NCBI GenBank assembly: GCA_038231135.1
Contig: JBBRLX010000007.1
Coordinates: forward strand, 1,087-65,086
DNA: 64,000 bases
Origin: Candidatus Eiseniibacteriota bacterium
Lineage (GTDB): Bacteria; Eisenbacteria; RBG-16-71-46
Reading direction: 5' to 3'
A program made the position numbers and the translations under genes. The notes beneath the pieces were generated by a model that had not been told where the DNA came from, searched no databases, and saw only the letters and a program-made list of their open reading frames with translations. Positions 25,253 to 34,961 of the stretch are shown in pieces; position 1 is the first letter of the stretch; every line of letters starts with the position of its first letter.

Positions 25253-26254
25253 TGGCGTGGATACCGAATCTCCTCTCGCATGAGTGCTCAACATCGGGGA
25301 GCGGCGCACGAATCGCACCGGCACATTGGTCGGCAGCAGGCCGGCGTCCTTCACGAGCCGCTGTCCGTCCATGCTGGTCACGAACGTGATGAAGCCGTTC
25401 GCGAGACTGGGTCCCGACGCGCGAACGTACATGTTGTAGAACCGGGTGAGGGGATAGTCGCCCTTGTAGATCGCTTCGAGGTCGGGCTTCCAGTACGGCA
25501 GGCCCCGCAGCGTGCCGATCGCGAGCACGCGCGCACGGCCGGTCGGAGTGCCGAGCGAGACGTAGCCGATCGCACCCGGCTCGCGCTCGACGGCGGCGAT
25601 CACCATGGAGTCGTTCGCCGCGGTCCGCGCGTGCGCCAGCATCGGCTCGGCGCCGAGCGCCTCCTCGGTGAAGAATTCCGTCACGTCCGCGCCGGCGGGC
25701 TGCGCCACGGGCACGATCGGCAGCGGTCCGCCGCCGAGTTCGGACCAGCGGGACACGCCGCCCGCATAGATGCTCCGCACCTCGTCGAGCCCCAGGTTCT
25801 GGACCACGTTGGACGGATGCACCACGAGCATCACCGCGTTCCTCGCGAACCGGTAGCCCTCGAGGTCGAGCTTGCCGAGCGTGGCCGAGCGCCGCTCCTC
25901 GGGTCGCAGCTCCCGGGAGATCACAGCCATGTCGCATTCGGCGGCAAACAATGCACGGATCGCCTCGCGTGAAGTCCCAGAGGTGAGTTCGATGCGGGCC
26001 TGAGGATAGAGGGTCTGGAACGCCGACCGTTCGCGGGCAACGAGCCCGTCCGCCTCAGACGCACATTCGATTCTGATACGCCCGGAGGTGACGGTGTCTT
26101 CCACGGTTCCGGGTTTGGAATGGGGGGAGCAGCCAGCCAGGCACGGAACCGCCGCCGCGACGGCCAGCAGCGCCCCAATGCCAGGGCTTCCAAAGGCTTC
26201 CCGGAACACGAAGTGCCGAAAGTGTACGGATCGAGTTCGCACCGTGTCAATCAC
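25250..26254 (-). CDS. PstS-family (phosphate-binding-like) periplasmic substrate-binding lipoprotein, orphan
   Basis: Lipobox AAAVPCLAGCS. PBP type-2 pattern (VHPSN...LGLDEVRSIYAGGVSRWSELGG). No pstCAB nearby. Confidence 0.6.
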   Translation of the reverse strand: MIDTVRTRSVHFRHFVFREAFGSPGIGALLAVAAAVPCLAGCSPHSKPGTVEDTVTSGRIRIECASEADGLVARERSAFQTLYPQARIELTSGTSREAIRALFAAECDMAVISRELRPEERRSATLGKLDLEGYRFARNAVMLVVHPSNVVQNLGLDEVRSIYAGGVSRWSELGGGPLPIVPVAQPAGADVTEFFTEEALGAEPMLAHARTAANDSMVIAAVEREPGAIGYVSLGTPTGRARVLAIGTLRGLPYWKPDLEAIYKGDYPLTRFYNMYVRASGPSLANGFITFVTSMDGQRLVKDAGLLPTNVPVRFVRRSPMLSTHARGDSVSTP

Positions 26255-26495
26255 CGATCGCCTTTCCCGATAATAACATGGCGGAATCTTGAAGTTCGAA
26301 GCGGCCGCAGACTAGGCAGCGCCCCCGGTGGTGTCAAGATTCGCGCAACGCCGCGCGGGAAACCGGTCCGGTCCCCCGGCGGGTTGTTCCGCCCGCGTGC
26401 GCTCTCTAGACTGCCGCCACTCACTCTGATGCTCCCGGCCGTGGGATGACGCCGCGCGGGATTCCCTTCGCCTCCCAACCTCTTAAAGAGCGACC

Positions 26496-28013
26496 GTGCC
26501 CGCGACCCGCATCCCCAACCCCGCGACCCCCGCCGCGTCCACGACCGGCGACGGGCTGCTGCCGGCGCCGCGCGCGCTGACCGACCCCACAGGCCCGTTC
26601 CTGCTGCCGCTCGTGCTGCTGCTCGCGGCGCGCATCGCGGGCTGGATCGGCATCCCGTTCGCGTCCGAGGACGCCTACATCACGTTCCGGTTCGCGCGCA
26701 ATTTCGCGGTGGGCAACGGGCTGGTCTTCAACCCCGGCGAACGCGTGTTCGGGTTCACGTCGCCGGTGTGGACGGCCTGGAACGCGCTCGGGTTCCGGCT
26801 CGCCCAGGATCCCGTGGTGTGGTCCAAGTCATGGAGCGTGCTGGCGGATGTCGTCACGCTGCTGGTGCTGGGGCAACTGCTGTCGCGCCACGCGTCCCGC
26901 AACGCCGCGCTCGCGTTCACGGTGTTCTTCGCTGCGTGGCCCTACTGCTCCGCGGTGTGCGCGTCGGGCATGGAGATGAACCTGATGCTCGCGCTGATCG
27001 CGCTCGGCGCGGCGCTGGCCGCGCGCAAGCACAAGACGGCGGGCCCGGTGCTCGGCGTGCTGGCGCTCACGCGCCCCGAAGGGCTCGTGGCCGCCGCGAT
27101 CGTGGCGCTCGGCGCGGGCTGGCGCGACCGTGCGATCGCCGCCGCGATCGCGGCGGCCGGCATCGTGGCGCTGTGGAGCTATTTCGGCTCGGCGATGCCG
27201 CAGAGCCTCGTCGCCAAGTCGATGATCTACGGCACGCCCGGACCCTGGGCGGGGCGCCACTGGTGGGACTGGATCTCGCCGGTGGTGGTGGGCGCGGGGC
27301 CGGCGCTCAACGACACCGCCCACCTCACGGTGCTGCGGCTGGTGATGTTCCCGGCCGCGGTCGCGGGGCTGCCGCTGTTGTGGCGCCAGCGCGCGACCGG
27401 TCTCGGCCTGGCCGCGTTCGCGCTGCTCGCGATCTGGGCCGGCTACGCGCTCGTCGGCGTCACCTACTTCTCGTGGTACCTGCTCGCGCCGCTCATCGGC
27501 ATCGTCGTGGCCGCGAGCGCGGGGCTCCCGCAGGTGCTGCGCGGCCGGCTGGTGCCGATCACCGCGGCGGTGTTCTGTCTCACGCTGTGGAGCGTCGCGC
27601 AGCAGCTCTACCGCGCGCGGGCGGTGGCGGAATATCGCAGCTTCGGCGCGGTGGCCGGGTACCTCGCGACCGCGGCTCAGCCGGGCCAGTCGGTGCTGCT
27701 CGAGCCGATCGGCATCATCGGGTACTCGGTGCCGCTCCGGGTGATCGACGAGGTCGGACTCGTGTCCCCCGCGGTCGCGGCGCGCCGCCGCCAGGGCGAC
27801 GGCTGGTATGCCGACGTCGTGACCCGCGAGCGGCCGGACTGGCTCGTGGTGCGCTATGGGGTGCTGCGCACCGGCCAGTCGTTCGCGGGCGTGGGCGCGC
27901 CGTTCCGGAATCTCGCCGAGCGCGATTCGATGCTCACGCGCTACGACAACACGTTCGCCGCCGACAAGGAGTCGGGCGATCTCGCGCTGCTGGTGTTCCG
28001 CCGCCGCCCGTGA
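26496..28013 (+). CDS. GT-C-fold integral membrane glycosyltransferase-like protein
   Basis: About 11 TM helices. First-loop acidic motif SEDAYITFRFARNF typical of GT-C glycosyl/arabinosyl/mannosyltransferases. GTG start after aaagag. Confidence 0.55.
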   Translation: MPATRIPNPATPAASTTGDGLLPAPRALTDPTGPFLLPLVLLLAARIAGWIGIPFASEDAYITFRFARNFAVGNGLVFNPGERVFGFTSPVWTAWNALGFRLAQDPVVWSKSWSVLADVVTLLVLGQLLSRHASRNAALAFTVFFAAWPYCSAVCASGMEMNLMLALIALGAALAARKHKTAGPVLGVLALTRPEGLVAAAIVALGAGWRDRAIAAAIAAAGIVALWSYFGSAMPQSLVAKSMIYGTPGPWAGRHWWDWISPVVVGAGPALNDTAHLTVLRLVMFPAAVAGLPLLWRQRATGLGLAAFALLAIWAGYALVGVTYFSWYLLAPLIGIVVAASAGLPQVLRGRLVPITAAVFCLTLWSVAQQLYRARAVAEYRSFGAVAGYLATAAQPGQSVLLEPIGIIGYSVPLRVIDEVGLVSPAVAARRRQGDGWYADVVTRERPDWLVVRYGVLRTGQSFAGVGAPFRNLAERDSMLTRYDNTFAADKESGDLALLVFRRRP

Positions 28014-28023
28014 CGGCGGTGGA

Positions 28024-29343
28024 TCACGGCTTGAGCCGGTTGAGCATCCGCGGGAACGGTATCGATTCCCGCACGTGGTCGAGCCCCGCGATCCATGCGA
28101 GCGTGCGCTCGACGCCGATGCCGAATCCGGCGTGCGGCACCGAACCGTAGCGGCGCAGATCCTTGTACCATTCGAACGCCGCGTGCGGCAGGCCGTGCTC
28201 GTCGATGCGCTGCTCGAGCAGCGCGAGCGAGCTCATGCGCTGCCCGCCGCCGATGATCTCGCCATAGCCTTCGGGCGCCAGGCAGTCGCACGACAGGCTG
28301 AGCCGCGGATCGGCGGGGTCGGGCTCCATGTAGAACGCCTTGACCGCCGCCGGGTAGTGCTTCACGAACACCGGCGTGTCGTAGCGCTGTGAAATGGCGG
28401 TCTCGTCGGGGGCGCCGAAGTCGCCGCCCCATTCGAACTCGATGCCCTGGTCGTGCAGCAGCTTCACCGCGTCGTTGTAGTGCAGCCGTGGAAACGGCGC
28501 CCGCACGTGCTCGAGCTTCGCCATGTCGCGCTCGACCCGCTTCAGCTCCTCGGCGCGGCGCTCGAGCACCCGCGCCACCGTGTACACCAGCAGGCGCTCC
28601 TCGAGCGCGATCACGTCGTCGAGCGTCGCCCACGCCCATTCGGGCTCCATCATCCAGAACTCGATCAGGTGCCGGCGGGTCTTGCTCTTCTCGGCGCGGA
28701 ACGCCGGCCCCAGGCAGTACACGCGGCCGAGCGCCATCGCCGCGGCCTCCATGTAGAGCTGGCCGCTCTGCGTGAGGAACGCCTTGTCGTCGAAGTACTG
28801 CGTCTCGAACAGCGTCGTGGTGCCTTCGCACGCCGCCGGCGTGAAGATCGGCGCGTCCACCAGCAGGAACCCCTCCTGGTCCATGAAGTCGCGGAACGCC
28901 GCGATCACCTCGGCGCGGATCCGGAGAATGGCCTGCTGGCGCGGCACGCGCAGCCACAGGTGACGGTGATCCATCAGGAAATCGGTGCCGTGCTCCTTCG
29001 GGGAGATCGGATACTCGGCGGCGAGGCTCACCGTCTCGAGCGCGGCGAGTCCCATCTCGACGCCGCCGGGCGCGCGCGCGTCGGCGCGCAGCGTGCCCCG
29101 CGCGATCACCGACGATTCCTGGGTGAGCCGCTGGCCGGCCTCCCAGTCCGCGGGCGACAGATCGTTCTTGCCCGCAACGCATTGCATGAGCCCGCTGCCG
29201 TCGCGGATCACGAGGAACTGCACCTTGCCGCTCGACCGCCCCTGCGCGAGCCAGCCGCGGACTTCCACGGTCTGCCCCACGTGACCGGGCGCATCGGCGA
29301 TCCGGATCCACGGGGGCGCGGCGGCGGTGGGCTCGATTGCCAT
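28024..29343 (-). CDS. asnS: Asparaginyl-tRNA synthetase (class IIb; archaeal-type AspRS not excluded)
   Basis: N-terminal OB anticodon-binding domain with [16 protein letters not shown]. Class II motifs 2 and 3 ([16 protein letters not shown]). 439 aa. Confidence 0.75.
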   Translation of the reverse strand: MAIEPTAAAPPWIRIADAPGHVGQTVEVRGWLAQGRSSGKVQFLVIRDGSGLMQCVAGKNDLSPADWEAGQRLTQESSVIARGTLRADARAPGGVEMGLAALETVSLAAEYPISPKEHGTDFLMDHRHLWLRVPRQQAILRIRAEVIAAFRDFMDQEGFLLVDAPIFTPAACEGTTTLFETQYFDDKAFLTQSGQLYMEAAAMALGRVYCLGPAFRAEKSKTRRHLIEFWMMEPEWAWATLDDVIALEERLLVYTVARVLERRAEELKRVERDMAKLEHVRAPFPRLHYNDAVKLLHDQGIEFEWGGDFGAPDETAISQRYDTPVFVKHYPAAVKAFYMEPDPADPRLSLSCDCLAPEGYGEIIGGGQRMSSLALLEQRIDEHGLPHAAFEWYKDLRRYGSVPHAGFGIGVERTLAWIAGLDHVRESIPFPRMLNRLKP

Positions 29344-29486
29344 GGCGAAGCTCCTGTGGCGTAGCGGGTTGACGCGGCGGGTGATCGGGACGACCGGCTC
29401 GAAAAACCCTCAGGCCCGGGCGGCCCGGCGCCGATAACGGCGGTAACCGCGGCACCTTAGAAGTCCAGCGCGCGCAGGTCAAGGGA

Positions 29487-31592
29487 TTGGACTCCGTGAT
29501 CCGAAGCTCGTCGTTCCCGCTCCATTCGACGCCCGAACGTCTCGTCTCCGCGCGCAACGCGTTGCGCGGGGTGGTGGGGCTCGCGCTCGCCTGCACGCTC
29601 GCGGCCGCCGCGTCGCCCGCCGACTCCTCAGCGCAGAGCGCCGCGGACACGTCGGTGTCGTTCGTGTCGCAGGGCCGCCCGGCACAGGCCAGGACGCAGG
29701 CCACATCGGGCGCCGCCGCCGCCGACAGCGCCCGGCGCGCGGCCTGGACCCCTCCCCCGGCCGCCGCAGAGACCCCCGCGACGGATGCGCGGCCGGCATC
29801 GCTGGCGGATCTCAACGCCTGGCTCCAGTACAAGGCCCGCCACGAGATCCCCGCGCTGCCCGACGAGGCGCGCCTGTTCTACCGGCGCGGTCTGATGGCG
29901 TACCAGTCGGGTGCGATGGAGGACGCGATCCAGCTCGTGCGCGGCGCGTCGCAACTCGACCCGTCGTTCACCCATCCCTACGTGACGCTGGGCGGCTGGT
30001 TCCTGCTCAAGGAGCCCGGCCAGGCGATGTCCCAGTATGCGGCGCTGTTCGAGGCCGCCCGCCAGAGCTTCACGTTCCAGCTGGCACTCGAGGCGAACAC
30101 GTTCTACGCCACGGTCCAGGCGCTGTTCCTTGGATTGCTCGCGGTCGCGTTCATGATCCTGCTCGCGCACAACCACGAACTGCGGCACCGCTGGCAGGAA
30201 CGATTCGCCCGGTTCGCCCCGCCCGGGCGCGCCGCGTTCTGGGCCTGGGTGCTGCTGATCGTCCCGTTCATCGTCGGCATCGGTCCGGCGCTGCCGGTCG
30301 TGCTGCTGCTGGGGCTGCTGTGGCCGATGCTCAAGTGGTCGGAGCGCACCGTGTACTTGATGCTGGTCGCGGGGCTCGTCGCCATGCCGGTGCTGATCTC
30401 GGAGCTCGACCGCCTCGGCAGCCCGCTGCGGGAGGATCGCGAGCCGCTCTACGGGGTGCTGGCCCTGCAGGACGAGCACGACACCGCGCAGCTCGGCGCC
30501 CGCCTGGCGACGCTGGCGCACGCGCACCCCGACAACGCGTTCGTCGAATTCGGCCGCGGCTGGGTGGCACGGCGTGGCAACGATCTCCCCACCGCCGAGG
30601 CCGCGTACCGCCGCACGCTGGAGCTGTGGCCGGACGACGATCGCGTGCTCAACAACCTCGGGAACGTGCTGAGCCTCGAGCATCGCGACGACGAGGCCCT
30701 CGACGTGTACGACCGCGCGACGAAAGCGAATCCGTTCAACGCCGCGTCGCACTACAACCGGGCCCGCATCTACACCGACCGTTACGAATTCCGCCCGGCG
30801 TCGGAGGCGATGGCGCGGGCGTCGGCACTTAATTTCGATCTGCTGAAGCCATACCAGAGCCAGGTGGGCACCCACGAGGCGCTGCCGCCGGCGGATCTGT
30901 GGATCGCGCCGCCGCGGTTCTGGAGCGCGCTGGCCGAATACCACTCGCCGGCCGGCGAACTGCTCGCCGTGCCGCCGCGGTGGCGCACGCGCATCGAGTG
31001 CGTGGGCTGGCCGTTCAGCCTGGCGGTCGTGCTGCTGGCGGTGGCCGGCATCGTGATCGGCACGCTGCAGCATCGCGCCATGCCGCTGCGCAACTGCGGC
31101 AACTGCGGGCGTGTCGTGTGCCGGCGCTGCGCCGCGCGGCGCCGCGAGATCGCGCTGTGCCGGAACTGCGCCGCGGTCGAGCGCCGCGCCGAGGTGCCGG
31201 AATACGCGCGGCTGCTGCTGAACCAGTACCAGCGCAAGGTCCGCCGCCATGAACGCACGGTCCGCACCGCGCTCGCCGCGCTGATCCCGGGCTTCGGCTG
31301 GGTCGCGCACCGGCGCGTGTTCGCGGCCTGGCTGCTGCTGGCGGTCACCGCGGCCTACGCGTCCGTGGTGTTCGACCTCGCGACGCCGTTCTCGTACGAG
31401 CCGCGCTGGTCGCATCCCGACGTCACGATCCCGGTGACGTGGCTGGTGCTGCCGTGGGTCGCGATCTATCTCGTGTCGCTGCTCGGCTACTTCATCGAGG
31501 CACAGCGCGAACGCGCGCGGCTCGCGCAGCTGGCCCAGGCGCCGCCCGCGCGGCGCGCACGCAGCCGGCGCGTGACGAGTCAGGCGGCATAG
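29487..31592 (+). CDS. Polytopic membrane protein with TPR repeats and a C4 zinc-ribbon (CGNCGRVVCRRC...CRNC)
   Basis: Signal/anchor, then TPR units interleaved with about 8 hydrophobic helices, then a Cys4 motif. Start is uncertain (TTG at 29487 or GTG at 29496). Confidence 0.6.
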   Translation: MDSVIRSSSFPLHSTPERLVSARNALRGVVGLALACTLAAAASPADSSAQSAADTSVSFVSQGRPAQARTQATSGAAAADSARRAAWTPPPAAAETPATDARPASLADLNAWLQYKARHEIPALPDEARLFYRRGLMAYQSGAMEDAIQLVRGASQLDPSFTHPYVTLGGWFLLKEPGQAMSQYAALFEAARQSFTFQLALEANTFYATVQALFLGLLAVAFMILLAHNHELRHRWQERFARFAPPGRAAFWAWVLLIVPFIVGIGPALPVVLLLGLLWPMLKWSERTVYLMLVAGLVAMPVLISELDRLGSPLREDREPLYGVLALQDEHDTAQLGARLATLAHAHPDNAFVEFGRGWVARRGNDLPTAEAAYRRTLELWPDDDRVLNNLGNVLSLEHRDDEALDVYDRATKANPFNAASHYNRARIYTDRYEFRPASEAMARASALNFDLLKPYQSQVGTHEALPPADLWIAPPRFWSALAEYHSPAGELLAVPPRWRTRIECVGWPFSLAVVLLAVAGIVIGTLQHRAMPLRNCGNCGRVVCRRCAARRREIALCRNCAAVERRAEVPEYARLLLNQYQRKVRRHERTVRTALAALIPGFGWVAHRRVFAAWLLLAVTAAYASVVFDLATPFSYEPRWSHPDVTIPVTWLVLPWVAIYLVSLLGYFIEAQRERARLAQLAQAPPARRARSRRVTSQAA

Positions 31593-31594
31593 CC

Positions 31595-32686
31595 ATGGCG
31601 CTCCAGGGCAGTCTCCGCGACTTCTCGGCCACCGAGATCCTCCAGCTGATCGGCATGCAGCAGAAGACCGGCTGCCTGCTGCTCGAGCATGCCTCGGAGC
31701 GCGTGCTGCTGTTCGTCCACGAGGGCCGCATCGTGTCCACGCGGCTGCCGGGCATGGCGGCGGACGACACGCTGCTCAAGTTCCTGCTCGACATCCACCG
31801 GCTGTCGGAGGAGCAGCATCGCGGCATCGCATCGATCCAGCGCGAGTCCGGCCGCGACCTCGAAGACATCCTCGTCAACGGCCGCTACCTCGACGCCGAC
31901 GAGCTGGCCGGGTACCTCGACCGCCAGATCCTCGACGACATCACCCGCGTGGTCGGCTGGGACACCGGCAACTACCGGTTCGAGACCGACCAGCGCTGGA
32001 CGCTGCCGATGCACGTGCGGCTCAGCGTCGAGGGCGCCCTGATCGAGGCCGCGCGGCGGATGGACGAGGCCAAGCGCAGCGCCGAGCTGTTCGGCGATCC
32101 CGACGCGCTGCTCGGCGTCCGCGACCTGCCGGACCCCGACGAGCCGCTCGCCGAGGAGGAGCGCGAGCTGTTCGGGATCATCGACGGCCGCCACACGCTG
32201 GCCGAGGTGATCCAGGCCGCGCCGCTCACCCACTCGGAGGCCTGCGAAGCGCTGGACCGCATGCTGCAGTCGAACTGGATCGAATTCACCGGCTGCCGCG
32301 AGAGCGCGGCGCACACGGTGACGGTGATCCTGCCGGAGGCGGCGCCGGTGCGCGCGCCGATCGTGCGGGCGTCGTTCGCCCGCGAGCTGCTGCTGGCGGT
32401 GACCGTGATCGTGCTCGCCGTCGGCGTGCACGAATCGGGGCGGCTGCTGCGCTCGCGGCTCGAGGTGCGGCAGGACGACGTGTTCGTGACCTCGCAGCTG
32501 CGCGACCTCCGCTACACGCTCGAGCTGTTCAAGCGCGAGCGCGGGCGCTACCCGGCGACGATGGAGGACCTGGTCGCCGACCGCTGGGTCAAACCGGCGC
32601 AGCTCCAGGTGCCGGGCCACGAGCTGATCTATCATCTCAGCGGCACCGGGAGCGGCTACGTGCTGAGCCTCGAACGCGAGCCCTGA
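31595..32686 (+). CDS. DUF4388-domain protein (PatA-like N-terminal domain) with a central TM segment
   Basis: GSLRDFSATEILQLIGMQQKTGCLLL matches the DUF4388 core. ATG lies 3 nt after the upstream stop. Confidence 0.6.
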   Translation: MALQGSLRDFSATEILQLIGMQQKTGCLLLEHASERVLLFVHEGRIVSTRLPGMAADDTLLKFLLDIHRLSEEQHRGIASIQRESGRDLEDILVNGRYLDADELAGYLDRQILDDITRVVGWDTGNYRFETDQRWTLPMHVRLSVEGALIEAARRMDEAKRSAELFGDPDALLGVRDLPDPDEPLAEEERELFGIIDGRHTLAEVIQAAPLTHSEACEALDRMLQSNWIEFTGCRESAAHTVTVILPEAAPVRAPIVRASFARELLLAVTVIVLAVGVHESGRLLRSRLEVRQDDVFVTSQLRDLRYTLELFKRERGRYPATMEDLVADRWVKPAQLQVPGHELIYHLSGTGSGYVLSLEREP

Positions 32687-32714
32687 GGCCCATGGCGTTC
32701 CGAGCCGTGGCCCG

Positions 32715-33830
32715 TCAGTCGCCGCCGCGGGCCATCAGCCATTCCGCCGCGTCCGCGAGATCCCCCGCCACGAAGTCCGGCGGCGTCTCTGCCGTGTCGG
32801 CCACCCGCTCCTCCTCGCCGCCGTAGCCGGTGCGCACGAGGATCCCCAGCGCCTTCGCGCGATGGCCGGTCTCGACGTCGAGCCGCTTGTCCCCGATCAT
32901 CACCGACTGCTTGAGCGCGATCCCCAGATTGCGCGCCGCCTGCCGCAGCAACCCGGGCGACGGCTTGCGGCAGTCGCAGCCGGCGTCGGGGACATGCGGG
33001 CAGAAGTACACCGCGTCCAGCTCGAGGCCGTGACCGCGCAGCTGCCGGCGCAGGCTGCCCATCACCTCGTACACGCGCGCCAGGGGAAAATAGCCGCGGC
33101 CCACGCCGGCCTGGTTCGAGACCACCACCAGCAGGTAGCCGGTGTCGCGCAGCCGCGTGAGCCCGCGCACGGCGCCCGGCAGCAGTTCGAGCTCGTCGGG
33201 ATGCGCGAGATAGCCCTTCTCGACGACCAGCGTGCCGTCGCGATCGAGGAACGCCGCGGGGCGCGGGGCATGACCGCGACGCCGCGCCAGCCAGCGCTCC
33301 CCCGCGCGCTCCAGCGCCTCGGTATCGGCGTGGGTTGCGTCGGGCAGTCCGGGCGCCGCGTCCGCGGGCCACGTGAACCGCGGTGCCGCGGGCGTCACGC
33401 CGGATGCGGAGGCCGCGACGCCTGCCGGCGCGGCCTCCGCGGCGGCGTCCGGTTCGGCGCGGCCGGACCCGGACTCGAAGATCCCGGCCGAGTCGAGCGA
33501 CCCGAACGCCCAGGCGCCGGCCACCGACCAGCCGGCGCTCGACCCGGGCTCGAGCGCGAGCAGCATGGCATGGGCGCCCGCCAGCCAGCCGCTCACCGCG
33601 GTCCGGAACGGCTGCGACGGTCCGCCGAGCACCAGGTCCACGCGGTCAGGGATGCGCAGCATGCCGCGCGTCACGAGCTGGATCGTCCCGTCGGCGGCGA
33701 GCGGCGCCGGGGCGCCGGGCCCCAGCCACAGCATCTGGTGGCCGCGCAACGCGAGCCCGGCCGCGGCGAGGCGCATGCGGCCGGCGGCGGCGCCCGCCAC
33801 GAGTGATGCGCCGTGGACCAGCAGTTTCAT
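32715..33830 (-). CDS. gmhB: D-glycero-D-manno-heptose-1,7-bisphosphate phosphatase (GmhB, HAD-IIIA) fused to an N-terminal extension of about 190 aa of unknown function
   Basis: C-terminal FLDRDGTL...VVSNQ...GDK...D HAD motifs and the GmhB Cys cluster CPHVPDAGCDCRKP. ATG 7 nt after GGGAG. Confidence 0.72.
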   Translation of the reverse strand: MKLLVHGASLVAGAAAGRMRLAAAGLALRGHQMLWLGPGAPAPLAADGTIQLVTRGMLRIPDRVDLVLGGPSQPFRTAVSGWLAGAHAMLLALEPGSSAGWSVAGAWAFGSLDSAGIFESGSGRAEPDAAAEAAPAGVAASASGVTPAAPRFTWPADAAPGLPDATHADTEALERAGERWLARRRGHAPRPAAFLDRDGTLVVEKGYLAHPDELELLPGAVRGLTRLRDTGYLLVVVSNQAGVGRGYFPLARVYEVMGSLRRQLRGHGLELDAVYFCPHVPDAGCDCRKPSPGLLRQAARNLGIALKQSVMIGDKRLDVETGHRAKALGILVRTGYGGEEERVADTAETPPDFVAGDLADAAEWLMARGGD

Positions 33831-33849
33831 CGCACGGCTCCCGGTTCGC

Positions 33850-34941
33850 TCACGCGGCGAGCGCTGCGCATGCTTCGAGCACCTCCGCCACCTGGACCGC
33901 CACGAGGCAGCGATACCCGATCCCACAGGTGCGCTGAAAGCATGGCGCGCACACCGGCTCGTGCTGCACCACCCGCACCCGCGGCCCGCGCGGCGCGGTC
34001 CACGCGCTGCTCGTCGAGCCGAAGATCGCGAGCGTCGCCGCGCCCGTGGCGGCGCTCAGGTGCGCGAGCCCGGAATCGTTGCAGACCGCGACCCGCGCGG
34101 CGGCGCACAGCGCCGCCTGCTCGGCCAGGTCGGTCTCGCCCGCCAGCGAAAACGCCCGGGCGCCGATGGCGGCGGCGACCCGGCTACAGTCCTCGCGCTC
34201 GGCGGCGGCGCCGCAGGTGAGCACCGCGATGCCGCGCGCGATGAGCCCGCGGCCCACGGCGGCGAACCGGTCGGCCGGCCAGCGCTTGGCGGGACCGTAG
34301 GCGGCGCCCGGACCGAGCACCGCGTACGGCCCCGTCACGCCGAGTTGGGCGAGCCGCGTCGCGGCGCGGGCCCGCGCCGCCTCGGGCACGAGCAGCGTCG
34401 GCGCCTCGAGCGGCGGCGGTTCGGCGGATCCATGCCCGACCGCAGGCTCCGGCATGGGCCCGTCCGAACGTGCGGGTACCTCGTTGTCCGCGTCGACGCG
34501 TACGGCGAGGCCGCCGAGCCGTCCGGTGAGCCGTCCGGTGAGCCCCAGGTATTCCTCCGACTGGTGGCGGGTGCCGCGCGGCTCCCGCCGCACCGCCGCC
34601 GTCAGCAGCAGATCGCGGGCATCGCCCGCGAACCCGACGCGCTCGCGCGCCCCCGTCCGGAACGCGAACCAGGCGCTCGAGAACGACGGCGGCAGCACCA
34701 GCGCCGCATCGGGCCGCCACGCCTTGAGCTCCGCCGCGAGCGCGGCCCGCTCGCTCGCCGCGGCCGGCCACGCCAGCACGCGCTCGAACACCCCGTCCCA
34801 GTCCGTGACCACGGCGACTCCCGGGGGCGCGACCGCCACGAGCCGCGCCCCGGGGTCCGCCGCGGCGAGCGCCCGCACCGCGGGGCGCGCCATCATCAGG
34901 TCGCCGAGCCAGTTCGGCAGCCGCACCAGCAGGCGTCGCAT
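33850..34941 (-). CDS. Glycosyltransferase family 9 (LPS heptosyltransferase)
   Basis: RLPNWLGDLMMARPA... GT9 N-terminus. ...CNDSGLAHLSAATGAATLAIFGST. Confidence 0.78.
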   Translation of the reverse strand: MRRLLVRLPNWLGDLMMARPAVRALAAADPGARLVAVAPPGVAVVTDWDGVFERVLAWPAAASERAALAAELKAWRPDAALVLPPSFSSAWFAFRTGARERVGFAGDARDLLLTAAVRREPRGTRHQSEEYLGLTGRLTGRLGGLAVRVDADNEVPARSDGPMPEPAVGHGSAEPPPLEAPTLLVPEAARARAATRLAQLGVTGPYAVLGPGAAYGPAKRWPADRFAAVGRGLIARGIAVLTCGAAAEREDCSRVAAAIGARAFSLAGETDLAEQAALCAAARVAVCNDSGLAHLSAATGAATLAIFGSTSSAWTAPRGPRVRVVQHEPVCAPCFQRTCGIGYRCLVAVQVAEVLEACAALAA

Positions 34942-34961
34942 GCCGCCGGCCCCCAACGCCG

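Noticed and set aside
28008-28030. Palindrome CCGTGA-N10-TCACGG between the convergent GT-C gene and asnS as a bidirectional terminator
   Set aside because: The stem is only 6 bp and is made of the two stop codons and their flanks, with no U-tract. Likely coincidental.
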